A DNA stretch of 64,000 bases from Balanoglossus misakiensis. Taxonomy: Eukaryota; Animalia; Hemichordata. Location: NCBI GenBank assembly GCA_040954595.2, contig CM082580.2, positions 1,292,783-1,356,782 on the forward strand, given 5' to 3'. The notes under the pieces were generated by a model, which saw only the letters and a list, made by a program, of their open reading frames with translations, was not told where the DNA came from and did no database searches. Below are positions 1 through 12,400 of the stretch, in pieces; position 1 is the stretch's first letter; each line of letters begins with the position of its first letter. The translations under genes were made by a program, and so were the position numbers.

Positions 1-381
1 ATTCTACCCACACATTAAGTCGTGAAAACTATCAGTGATATCTTAAAACACACTAAATACTGTAATGTTTCAATACTCACTCCGCCAAATCTGTATATAG
101 GAATAATGATGGTGGACAGTGTGGGGGGCCTGAACCCATGACTTGCAGAAAACAGCTGGTACTTGCTCGCTCCTTGGCTTTGCATGTTTTCCGCTATTCT
201 TTCAGAGAAATATGACACCGTCCTGGATGTGTAACAAACACTGGCCAACTAACGTCCATAGAAAAGGCGACATTGGAGTTGACGACAGAAAAAACTGGCA
301 GATTCTCTAGCCTGCGTGTCACACATGTGTTTACAACGAAGACACAGAACTGGTCAAAGGAAACGGGTCGAAGGTCAGCAA

Positions 382-397
382 CAGCGCCCTCTTGGGG
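382..397 (-). promoter_or_regulatory. CTCF-like motif
   Basis: CAGCGCCCTCTTGGGG matches the reverse CTCF core CAGCGCCMYCTRGTGG at 14 of 16 positions. Motif match only. Confidence 0.3.
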
Positions 398-639
398 TAT
401 ATTCTGCGGAACTTTTGAAAGTTCCCGATCTCGTATCCTAAGGACGCCAGCAGAATTTCCTGCGGCATTTTAATTCTCATTCAAATATGAAAGAAACAAA
501 ACTAACCCGGTGTGAATTAGTTGGTTTAAAGGGGAGTTGGGGCAGGGTCTTCTTTCGGTAGTTTTGACCCCCAATAAGGCCTATTTACGGAGAGGATCTC
601 TTATTCTTCAAATTTATTAATGGAAGTCGCGTATATGGG

Positions 640-895
640 TAAGGGACCATTCAGTTTTTACGGCCGGGTGGGGCGGCAAAATCCAGGGGGGGGGTCACTT
701 AAATTTTGAAGTCCGAAAGTGGGGGTAATCTTTTTTTTTTAAACGTTTAGGGGGTCACATACTTTTGCCGCAAAACTTTTGCTTTGAGTCCACAAAATTG
801 CAGTTTCGCGCCCTTAATTTTACAAGATTTTCTAATATGGGAGGGGGACACCCCATCCCACACCCACCCCTTCATTCTTCGCTACATTTCATTTA
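640..895. repeat. Probable degenerate interspersed-repeat/MITE fragments next to the array
   Basis: TAAGGGACCATTCAGTTTTTAC followed by G-runs (GGGGGGGTCAC, GGGGGTCAC), and an imperfect hairpin GGGAGGGGGACACCCCATCCC-ACACCCACCCC. These resemble MITE-type repeats of marine invertebrates as I recall them. No partner TIR was found. Confidence 0.35.
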
Positions 896-1160
896 TTGCC
901 TGGTTTGTCTAGTGTACAAGGGCAGACTACTTGCCACACCACCACACCGATGCTTACTTTGAGTGGAGTGGCAAAAGTAAAATGCGCAGAACACATAGAT
1001 AGGCCTATGCGCATAAGAACGTTTTCCACTAGACTCTGTGGATCGACGGATAGTTCCAAAATGCCCATGGTTGCTTCCAAACAACCTCGTTTGTTTACCG
1101 AATTCTGTTGTGAGGCACATAACACATAGATAGGCCTATGTGCATAAGAAAGTTTTCCAC

Positions 1161-3792
1161 TAGACCTTTTAGATCGACGGATAGTTCTAAAATTTCCATG
1201 GTTGTTTCCAAACAGCCTCGTTTATTTACCGATTTCTGTTGTGAGGCGCTGAACACATAGATAGGCCTATGCGCATAAGAAAGTTTTCCACTAGACGCTG
1301 AAGATCGACGGATAGTTCTAAAATTTCCATGGTTGCTTCCAAACAGCCTCGTTTATTTACCGATTTCTGTTGTGAGGCGCAGAACACATGATAGGCCCAT
1401 GCTCATAAGAAATTTTTCCACTAGACTTTGTAGATCGAGAGATAGTTCAAAAATTTCCGTGGTTGCTTCCAAACAGCCTCGTTTGTTTACAAAATTATTT
1501 TGTGATGCGCAGAACACATAGATAGGCCTATGCGCAAAAGAACGTTTTCCACTAGACTCTGTAGATCGATGGATAGTTCTAAAATTTACATGGGTGCTTC
1601 TAAACAGCCTCGTTTATTTACCGATTTCTGTTGTGAGGCGCTGAACACATGATAGGCCTATACGCATAAGAAAGTTTTCCACTATACTCTGTAGATCGAC
1701 GGATAGTTGTAAAATTTCAATGGTTGCTTCCAAACAGCCTCGTTTATTTACCGAATTCTGTTGTGATGCGCAGAACACATGATAGGACTATGCGCATAAG
1801 AAATTTTTCCACTAGACTCTGTAGATCGACGGGTAGTTCTAAAATTTCCATAGTTGCTTCCAAACAGCCTCGTTTATTTACCGAATTCTGTTGTTAGGCG
1901 CAGAACACGTGATAGGCCTATGCGCATAAGAAAGTTTTCCACTAGACTCTGTAGATCGACGGATAGTTCTAAAATTGCCATGGTTGCTTCCAAACAGCCT
2001 CGTTAATTTACCGATTTCTGTTGTGAGGCGCAGAACACATGATAGGCCTATGCGCATAAGAAATTTTTCCACTAGACTCTGTAGATCGACGGATAGTTCT
2101 AAAATGTCCATGGTTGCTTCCAAACAGCCTCGTTTATTTAATGAATTCTGTTGTGATGCGCAGAACACATGATAGGCCTATGCGCATAAGAATTTTTCCA
2201 CTAGACTCTGTAGATCGACGGATAGTTCTAAAATATCCATACTTGCTTCCAAACAGCCTCGTTTATTTACCGAATTATGTTGTGAGGCGCAGAACACGTG
2301 ATAGGCCTATGCGCATTAGAAAGTTTTCCACTAGACTCTGTAGATCGAGAGATAGTTCCAAAATGCCCATGGTTGCTTCCAAACAACCTCGTTTGTTTAC
2401 CGAATTCTGTTGTGAGGCACATAACACATAGATAGGCCTATGTGCATAAGAAAGTTTTCCACTAGACTCTGTAGATCGAGAGATAGTTCTAAAATATCCA
2501 TGGTTGCCTCAAAACACAGCCTCGTTTGTTTACAAAAATCTGTTGTGATGCGCAGAACACATAGATAGGCCTATGCGCATAAGAACGTTTTCCACTAGAC
2601 CTTTTAGATCGACGGATAGTTCTAAAATTTCCATGGTTGTTTCCAAACAGCCTCGTTTATTTACCGATTTCTGTTGTGAGGCGCTGAACACATAGATAGG
2701 CCTATGCGCATAAGAAAGTTTTCCACTAGACGCTGAAGATCGACGGATAGTTCTAAAATTTCCATGGTTGCTTCCAAACAGCCTCGTTTATTTACCGATT
2801 TCTGTTGTGAGGCGCAGAACACATGATAGGCCCATGCTCATAAGAAATTTTTCCACTAGACTTTGTAGATCGAGAGATAGTTCAAAAATTTCCGTGGTTG
2901 CTTCCAAACAGCCTCGTTTGTTTACAAAATTATTTTGTGATGCGCAGAACACATAGATAGGCCTATGCGCAAAAGAACGTTTTCCACTAGACTCTGTAGA
3001 TCGATGGATAGTTCTAAAATTTACATGGGTGCTTCTAAACAGCCTCGTTTATTTACCGATTTCTGTTGTGAGGCGCTGAACACATGATAGGCCTATACGC
3101 ATAAGAAAGTTTTCCACTATACTCTGTAGATCGACGGATAGTTGTAAAATTTCAATGGTTGCTTCCAAACAGCCTCGTTTATTTACCGAATTCTGTTGTG
3201 ATGCGCAGAACACATGATAGGACTATGCGCATAAGAAATTTTTCCACTAGACTCTGTAGATCGACGGGTAGTTCTAAAATTTCCATAGTTGCTTCCAAAC
3301 AGCCTCGTTTATTTACCGAATTCTGTTGTTAGGCGCAGAACACGTGATAGGCCTATGCGCATAAGAAAGTTTTCCACTAGACTCTGTAGATCGACGGATA
3401 GTTCTAAAATTGCCATGGTTGCTTCCAAACAGCCTCGTTAATTTACCGATTTCTGTTGTGAGGCGCAGAACACATGATAGGCCTATGCGCATAAGAAATT
3501 TTTCCACTAGACTCTGTAGATCGACGGATAGTTCTAAAATGTCCATGGTTGCTTCCAAACAGCCTCGTTTATTTAATGAATTCTGTTGTGATGCGCAGAA
3601 CACATGATAGGCCTATGCGCATAAGAATTTTTCCACTAGACTCTGTAGATCGACGGATAGTTCTAAAATATCCATACTTGCTTCCAAACAGCCTCGTTTA
3701 TTTACCGAATTATGTTGTGAGGCGCAGAACACGTGATAGGCCTATGCGCATTAGAAAGTTTTCCACTAGACTCTGTAGATCGAGAGATAGTT
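1161..3792. repeat. Higher-order duplication, 1435-bp period (11 monomers)
   Basis: 1161-2357 recurs at 2596-3792. ORF-track pairs 1333/2768, 1878/3313 and 1975/3410 are all offset by 1435. Confidence 0.9.
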
Positions 3793-6471
3793 CTAAAATT
3801 TCCAAGGTTGCTTCCAAACACAGTCTCGTTTGTTTACAAAAGTCTGCAGTGATGCGCAGAACACATGATAGGCCTATGCGCATAAGAAACTGTTTCACTG
3901 TAGATCGACGGATAGTTCTAAAATTTCCATAGACTCTGTAGATCGAGAGATAGTTCTAAAATTTCCATGGTTGCTTCCAAACACAGCCTCGTTTGTTTAC
4001 AAAATTCTTTTGTGATGCGCAGAACACATAGCTAGGCCTATGCGCATAAGAAAGTTTTCCACTAGACTCTGTAGATCGACGGATAGTTCTAAAATGTCCA
4101 TGGTTGATTTCAAACAGCCTTGTTTATTTACCGAATTCTGCTGTGATGCGCAGATCACATAGATAGGCCTATGTGCATAAGAAACTTTTCCACTAGACTC
4201 TGTAGATCGACGGATAGTTCTAAAATTTCCATGGTTGCATCCAAACAGCCTCGTTTATTTACCGATTTCTGTTGTGAGGCGCAGAACACGTGATAGGCCT
4301 ATGCGCATAAGAAAGTTTTTTACTAGACTCTGCAGATCGACGGATAGTTCTAAAATTTCCATGGTTGCTTCCAAACACAGCCTCGTTTATTTCCAAATTC
4401 TGTTGTAATGCGCAGAACACATAGATAGGCCTATGCGCATAAGAACGTTTTCCACTAGACTCTATAGATCGACGGATAGTTCTAAAATTTCCATGGTTGC
4501 TTCCAAACACAGCCTCGTTTGTTTACAAAATTCTGCAGTGATGCGCAGAACACATGATAGGCCTATGCGCATAAGAAACTTTTTCACTGTAGATCGACGG
4601 ATAGTTCTAAAATTTCCATGGTTGATTCCAAACACAACCTCGTTTGTTTACAAAATTCTGTTGTAATGCGCAGAACACATAGCTAGGCCTATGCGCATAA
4701 GAAAGTTTTCCACTAGACTCTGTAGATCGAGAGATAGTTCTAAAATATACATGGTTGCCTCAAAACACAGCCTCGTTTGTTTACAAAATTCTGTTGTGAT
4801 GCGCAGAACACATAGATAGGCCTATGCGCATAAGAACGTTTTCCACTAGACCTTTTAGATCGACGGGTAGTTCCAAAATGCCCATGGTTGCTTCCAAACA
4901 ACCTCGTTTGTTTACCGAATTCTGTTGTGAGGCACATAACACATAGATAGGCCTATGTGCATAAGAAAGTTTTCCACTAGACTCTGTAGATCGAGAGATA
5001 GTTCTAAAATATCCATGGTTGCCTCAAAACACAGCCTCGTTTGTTTACAAAAATCTGTTGTGATGCGCAGAACACATAGATAGGCCTATGCGCATAAGAA
5101 CGTTTTCCACTAGACCTTTTAGATCGACGGATAGTTCTAAAATTTCCATGGTTGTTTCCAAACAGCCTCGTTTATTTACCGATTTCTGTTGTGAGGCGCT
5201 GAACACATAGATAGGCCTATGCGCATAAGAAAGTTTTCCACTAGACGCTGAAGATCGACGGATAGTTCTAAAATTTCCATGGTTGCTTCCAAACAGCCTC
5301 GTTTATTTACCGATTTCTGTTGTGAGGCGCAGAACACATGATAGGCCCATGCTCATAAGAAATTTTTCCACTAGACTCTGTAGATCGAGAGATAGTTCTA
5401 AAATTTCCAAGGTTGCTTCCAAACACAGTCTCGTTTGTTTACAAAAGTCTGCAGTGATGCGCAGAACACATGATAGGCCTATGCGCATAAGAAACTGTTT
5501 CACTGTAGATCGACGGATAGTTCTAAAATTTCCATAGACTCTGTAGATCGAGAGATAGTTCTAAAATTTCCATGGTTGCTTCCAAACACAGCCTCGTTTG
5601 TTTACAAAATTCTTTTGTGATGCGCAGAACACATAGCTAGGCCTATGCGCATAAGAAAGTTTTCCACTAGACTCTGTAGATCGACGGATAGTTCTAAAAT
5701 GTCCATGGTTGATTTCAAACAGCCTTGTTTATTTACCGAATTCTGCTGTGATGCGCAGATCACATAGATAGGCCTATGTGCATAAGAAACTTTTCCACTA
5801 GACTCTGTAGATCGACGGATAGTTCTAAAATTTCCATGGTTGCATCCAAACAGCCTCGTTTATTTACCGATTTCTGTTGTGAGGCGCAGAACACGTGATA
5901 GGCCTATGCGCATAAGAAAGTTTTTTACTAGACTCTGCAGATCGACGGATAGTTCTAAAATTTCCATGGTTGCTTCCAAACACAGCCTCGTTTATTTCCA
6001 AATTCTGTTGTAATGCGCAGAACACATAGATAGGCCTATGCGCATAAGAACGTTTTCCACTAGACTCTATAGATCGACGGATAGTTCTAAAATTTCCATG
6101 GTTGCTTCCAAACACAGCCTCGTTTGTTTACAAAATTCTGCAGTGATGCGCAGAACACATGATAGGCCTATGCGCATAAGAAACTTTTTCACTGTAGATC
6201 GACGGATAGTTCTAAAATTTCCATGGTTGATTCCAAACACAACCTCGTTTGTTTACAAAATTCTGTTGTAATGCGCAGAACACATAGCTAGGCCTATGCG
6301 CATAAGAAAGTTTTCCACTAGACTCTGTAGATCGAGAGATAGTTCTAAAATATACATGGTTGCCTCAAAACACAGCCTCGTTTGTTTACAAAATTCTGTT
6401 GTGATGCGCAGAACACATAGATAGGCCTATGCGCATAAGAACGTTTTCCACTAGACCTTTTAGATCGACGG
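3770..6471. repeat. Higher-order duplication, 1605-bp period
   Basis: 3770-4866 recurs at 5375-6471, including the aberrant monomer and the TCCAAGG variant. ORF pairs 4259/5864 and 4433/6038. Confidence 0.9.
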
Positions 6472-9400
6472 ATAGTTCTAAAATTTCCATGGTTGTTTCC
6501 AAACAGCCTCGTTTATTTACCGATTTCTGTTGTGAGGCTCTGAACACATAGATAGGCCTATGCGCATAAAAAAGTTTTCCACTAGACGCTGAAGGTCGAC
6601 GGATAGTTCTAAAATTTCCATGGTTGCTTCCAAACAGCCTCGTTTATTTACCGATTTCTGTTGTGAGGCGCAGAACACATGATAGGCCCATGCGCATAAG
6701 AAATTTTTCCACTAGACTCTGTAGATCGACGGATAGTTCTAAAATGTCCATGGTTGCTTCCAAACAAAGCCTCGTTTGTTTACAAAATTCTGTTGTGATG
6801 CGCAGAACACATATATAGGCCTATGCGCATATGAACGTTTCCCACTATACTCTGTAGATCGAGAGATAGTTCTAAAATTTCCATGTTTGCTTACAAACAG
6901 CCTCGTTTATTTACGGAATTCTGTTTTGAGGCGCAGAACACATAGATAGGCATATGTGCATAAGAAAGTTTTCCACTATAGACTCTGTAGATCGAGAGAT
7001 AGTTCTAAAATTTCCATGGTTGCTTCCAAACACAGCCTCGTTTGTTTACAAAATTCTGTTGTGATGCGCAGAACACATATATAGGCCTATGCGCATAAGA
7101 ACGTTTTCCACTAGACTCTGTAGATCGACGGATAGCTGTAAAATTTCCATGGTTGCTTCCAAACTGCCTCGTTTATTTACCGATTTCTGTTGTGAGGCGC
7201 AGAACACATGATAGGCCTATGCGCATAAGACATTTTTCCACTAGACTCTGTAGATCGACGGATAGTTCTAAAATTTCCATGGTTGCTTCCAAACAGCCTC
7301 GTTTATTTACCGAATTCTGTTGTGAGGCGCAGAACACGTAATAGACCTATGCGCATTAGAAAGTTTTCCACAAGACTCTGTAGATCGACGGATAGATGTA
7401 AAATGTCCACGGTTGCTTCCAAATACAGCCTCGTTTATTTACCGATTTCTGTTGTGATGCGCATAACACATATATAGGCCTATGCGCAAAAGAACGTTTT
7501 CCACTAGACTCTGTAGATCGACAGATAGCTGTAAAATTTCCATGTTTGCTTCCAAACAGCCTCGTTTATTTACGGAATTCTGTTGTGAGGCGCAGAACAC
7601 GTAATAGGCCTATGCGCATTAGAAAGTTTTCCACAGGACTCTGTAGATCGACGGATAGTTGTAAAATGTCCATGGTTGCTTCCAAATACAGCCTCGTTTA
7701 TTTACCGATTTCTGTTGTGATGCGCATAACATATATATAGGCCTATGCGCAAAAGAACGTTTTCCACTAGACTCTGTAGATCGACGGATAGCTGTAAAAT
7801 TTCCATGTTTGCTTGCAAACAGCCTTGTTTATTTACGGAATTCTGTTTTGAGGCGCAGAACACATGATAGGCCTATCCGCATACGACATTTTTCCACTAG
7901 ACTCTGTAGATCGACGGATAGTTGTAAAATTTCCATGGTTGCTTCCAAACAACCTCGTTTGTTTACCGAATTCTGTTGTGATGCGCAGAACACATATATA
8001 GGCCTATGCGCATAAGAACGTTTTCCACTAGACTCTGTAGATCGACGGATAGTTGTAAAATGTTCATGGTTGCTTCCAAATACAGCCTCGTTTATTTACC
8101 GATTTCTGTTGTGATGCGCATAACACATAGATAGGCCTATGCGCATTATAACGTTTTCCACTAGACTCTGTAGATCGACGGATAGTTGTAAAATTTCCAT
8201 GGTTGCTTCCAAACAGCCTCGTTTATTTACCGAATTCTGTTGTTAGGCGCAGAACACGTTATAGGCCTATGCGCATAAGAAAGTTTTCCACCAGACTCTG
8301 TAGATGGACTGATAGTTGTAAAATTTCCATGGTTGCTTCCAAACAGCCTCGTTTATTTACCGAATTCTGTTGTGAGGCGCAGAACACATAGATAGGCATA
8401 TGTGCATAAGAAAGTTTTCCACTATAGACTCTGTAGATCGAGAGATAGTTCTAAAATGTCCATGGTTGCTACCAAACACAGCCTCGTTTGTTTACAAAAT
8501 TCTGTTGTGATGCGCAGAACACATAGATAGGCCTATGCGCATATGAACGTTTTCCACCATACACTGTAGATCGAGAGATAGTTCTAAAACTTCCATGTTT
8601 GCTTCCAAACAGCCTCGTTTATTTGCGGAATTCTGTTTTGAGGCGCAGAACACATAGATAGGCATATGTGAATAAGAAAGTTTTCCACTATAGACTCTGT
8701 AGATCGAGAGATAGTTGTAAAATTTCCATGGTTGCTTCCAAACAGCCTCGTTTATTTACCGATTTCTGTTGTGAGGCGCAGAACACATAGATAGGCCTAT
8801 GCGCATAAAAAACTTTTCAACTTTAGATCAACGGATAGTTCTAAAATTTCCATCGTTGTTTCCAAACAGCCTCGTTTATTTACCGAATTCTGTTGTGATG
8901 CGTAGAACACATACATATGCCTATGCGCATAAGAAAGTTTTCCACTAGACTCCGTAGATCGACGAATAGTTCTAAAATGTCCATGGTTGCTTCCAAACAA
9001 AGCCTGGTTTGTTTACAAAATTCTGTTGTGATGCGCAGAACACATAGATAGGCCTATGCGCATATGAACGTTTTCCACTATACTCTGTAGATCGAGAGAT
9101 AGTTCTAAAATTTCCATGTTTGCTTCCAAACAGCCTCGTTTATTTACGGAATTCTGTTTTGAGGCGCAGAACACATAGATAGGCATATGTGCATAAGAAA
9201 GTTTTCCACTATAGACTCTGTAGATCGAGAGATAGTTCTAAAATGTCCATGGTTGCTTCCAAACACAGCCTCGTTTGTTTACAAAATTCTGTTGTGATGC
9301 GCAGAACACATATATAGGCCTATGCGCATAATAACGTTTTCCACTAGACTCTGTAGATCGACGGATAGTTGTAAAATTTCCATGGTTGCTTCCAAACAGC

Positions 9401-12400
9401 CTCGTTTATTTACCGAATTCTGTTGTAAGGCACAGAACACATAGATAGGCCTATGTGCATAAGAAAGTTTTCCACTATAGACTCTGTAGATCGAGAGATA
9501 GTTCTAAAATGTCCATGGTTGCTTCCAAACACAGCCTCGTTTGTTTACAAAATTCTGTTGTGATGCGCAGAACACATATATAGGCCTATGCGCATAATAA
9601 CGTTTTCCACTAGACTCTGTAGATCGACGGATAGTTGTAAAATTTCCATGGTTGCTTCCAAACAGCCTCGTTTATTTACCGAATTCTGTTGTGAGGCGCA
9701 GAACACATAGATAGGCATATGTGCATAAGAAAGTTTTCCACTATAGACTCTGTAGATCGAGAGATAGTTCTAAAATGTCCATGGTTGCTACCAAACACAG
9801 CCTCGTTTGTTTACAAAATTCTGTTGTGATGCGCAGAACACATATATAGGCCTATGCGCATAAGAACGTTTCCACTAGACTCTGTAGATCGACGGATAGT
9901 TGTAAAATTTCCATGGTTGCTTCCAAACAGCCTCGTTTATTTACTGATTTCTGTTGTGAGGCGCAGAACACATGATAGGCCAATGCGCATAAGACATTTT
10001 TCCACTAGACTCTGTAGATCGACGGATAGTTGTAAAATTTCCATGGTTGCTTCCAAACAACCTCGTTTGTTTACGAATTCTGTTGTGATGCGCAGAACAC
10101 ATATATAGGCCTATGCGCATAAGAACGTTTTCCACTAGACTCTGTAGATCGAGAGATAGTTCTAAAATTTCCATGGTTGCTTCCAAACAGCCTCGTTTAT
10201 TTACCGAATTCTGTTGTGAGACGCAGAACACGTAATAGGCCTATGCGCATAAGAAAGTTTTCCACCAGACTCCGTAGATCGACGGATAGTTGTAAAATTT
10301 CCATGGTTGCTTCCAAACAGCCTCGTTTATTTACGGAATTCTGTTGTGAGGCGCAGAACACGTAATAGGCCTATGCGCATTAGAAAGTTTTCCACAGGAC
10401 TCTGTAGATCGACGGATAGTTGTAAAATGTCCATGGTTGCTTCCAAATACAGCCTCGTTTATTTACCGATTTCTGTTGTGATGCGCATAACATATATATA
10501 GGCCTATGCGCAAAAGAACGTTTTCCACTAGACTCTGTAGATCGACGGATAGCTGTAAAATTTCCATGTTTGCTTGCAAACAGCCTTGTTTATTTACGGA
10601 ATTCTGTTTTGAGGCGCAGAACACATGATAGGCCTATGCGCATACGACATTTTTCCACTAGACTCTGTAGATCGACGGATAGTTGTAAAATTTCCATGGT
10701 TGCTTCCAAACAACCTCGTTTGTTTACCGAATTCTGTTGTGATGCGCAGAACACATATATAGGCCTATGCGCATAAGAACGTTTTCCACTAGACTCTGTA
10801 GATCGACGGATAGTTGTAAAATGTTCATGGTTGCTTCCAAATACAGCCTCGTTTATTTACCGATTTCTGTTGTGATGCGCATAACACATAGATAGGCCTA
10901 TGCGCATTATAACGTTTTCCACTAGACTCTGTAGATCGACGGATAGTTGTAAAATTTCCATGGTTGCTTCCAAACAGCCTCGTTTATTTACCGAATTCTG
11001 TTGTTAGGCGCAGAACACGTTATAGGCCTATGCGCATAAGAAAGTTTTCCACCAGACTCTGTAGATCGACGGATTTTTGTAAAATTTCCATGGTTGCTTC
11101 CAAACAGCCTCGTTTATTTACCGAATTCTGTTGTTAGGCGCAGAACACGTTATAGGCCTATGCGCATAAGAAAGTTTTCCACCAGACTCTGTAGATGGAC
11201 TGATAGTTGTAAAATTTCCATGGTTGCTTCCAAACAGCCTCGTTTATTTACTGATTTCTGTTGTGAGGCGCAGAACACATGATAGGCCAATGCGCATAAG
11301 ACATTTTTCCACTAGACTCTGTAGATCGACGGATAGTTGTAAAATTCCCATGGTTGCTTCCAAACAACCTCGTTTGTTTACGAATTCTGTTGTGATGCGC
11401 AGAACACATATATAGGGCTATGCGCATAAGAAAGTTTTCCACCAGACTCCGTAGATCGACGGATAGTTGTAAAATTTCCATGGTTGCTTCCAAACAGCCT
11501 CGTTTATTTACCGAATTCTGTTGTGAGGCGCAGAACACATAGATAGGCATATGTGCATAAGAAAGTTTTCCACTATAGACTCTGTAGATCGAGAGATAGT
11601 TCTAAAATGTCCATGGTTGCTACCAAACACAGCCTCGTTTGTTTACAAAATTCTGTTGTGATGCGCAGAACACATAGATAGGCCTATGCGCATATGAACG
11701 TTTTCCACCATACACTGTAGATCGAGAGATAGTTCTAAAACTTCCATGTTTGCTTCCAAACAGCCTCGTTTATTTGCGGAATTCTGTTTTGAGGCGCAGA
11801 ACACATAGATAGGCATATGTGAATAAGAAAGTTTTCCACTATAGACTCTGTAGATCGAGAGATAGTTGTAAAATTTCCATGGTTGCTTCCAAACAGCCTC
11901 GTTTATTTACCGATTTCTGTTGTGAGGCGCAGAACACATAGGTAGGCCTATGCGCATAAAAAACTTTTCAACTTTAGATCAACGGATAGTTCTAAAATTT
12001 CCATGGTTGTTTCCAAACAGCCTCGTTTATTTACCGAATTCTGTTGTGATGCGTAGAACACATACATATGCCTATGCGCATAAGAAAGTTTTCCACTAGA
12101 CTCCGTAGATCGACGAATAGTTCCAAAATGTCCATGGTTGCTTCCAAACAAAGCCTGGTTTGTTTACAAAATTCTGTTGTGATGCGCAGAACACATAGAT
12201 AGGCCTATGCGCATATGAACGTTTTCCACTATACTCTGTAGATCGAGAGATAGTTCTAAAATTTCCATGTTTGCTTCCAAACAGCCTCGTTTATTTACGG
12301 AATTCTGTTTTGAGGCGCAGAACACATAGATAGGCATATGTGCATAAGAAAGTTTTCCACTATAGACTCTGTAGATCGAGAGATAGTTCTAAAATGTCCA

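Noticed and set aside
252-259. ACGTCCAT resembling the transposon's terminal bases
   Set aside because: Only 8 bp match and the rest of the TIR is absent, so it is probably chance.
15-473. Possible exons in the unique flank (minus-strand GTGAGT at 75-80; plus-strand pyrimidine tract and CAG at 187-205)
   Set aside because: The splice-like signals are isolated and on opposite strands, with no recognisable peptide. RNA-seq would be needed.
1300-1345. tRNA/5S or Pol III-derived monomer (GGTTGCTTCC as a B-box)
   Set aside because: Poor match to GGTTCGANTCC, with no A-box, cloverleaf or 5S similarity.
1345-1365. CENP-B-box-like CCTCGTTTATTTACCGA
   Set aside because: Only about 4 of the 9 essential positions of NTTCGNNNNANNCGGGN match.
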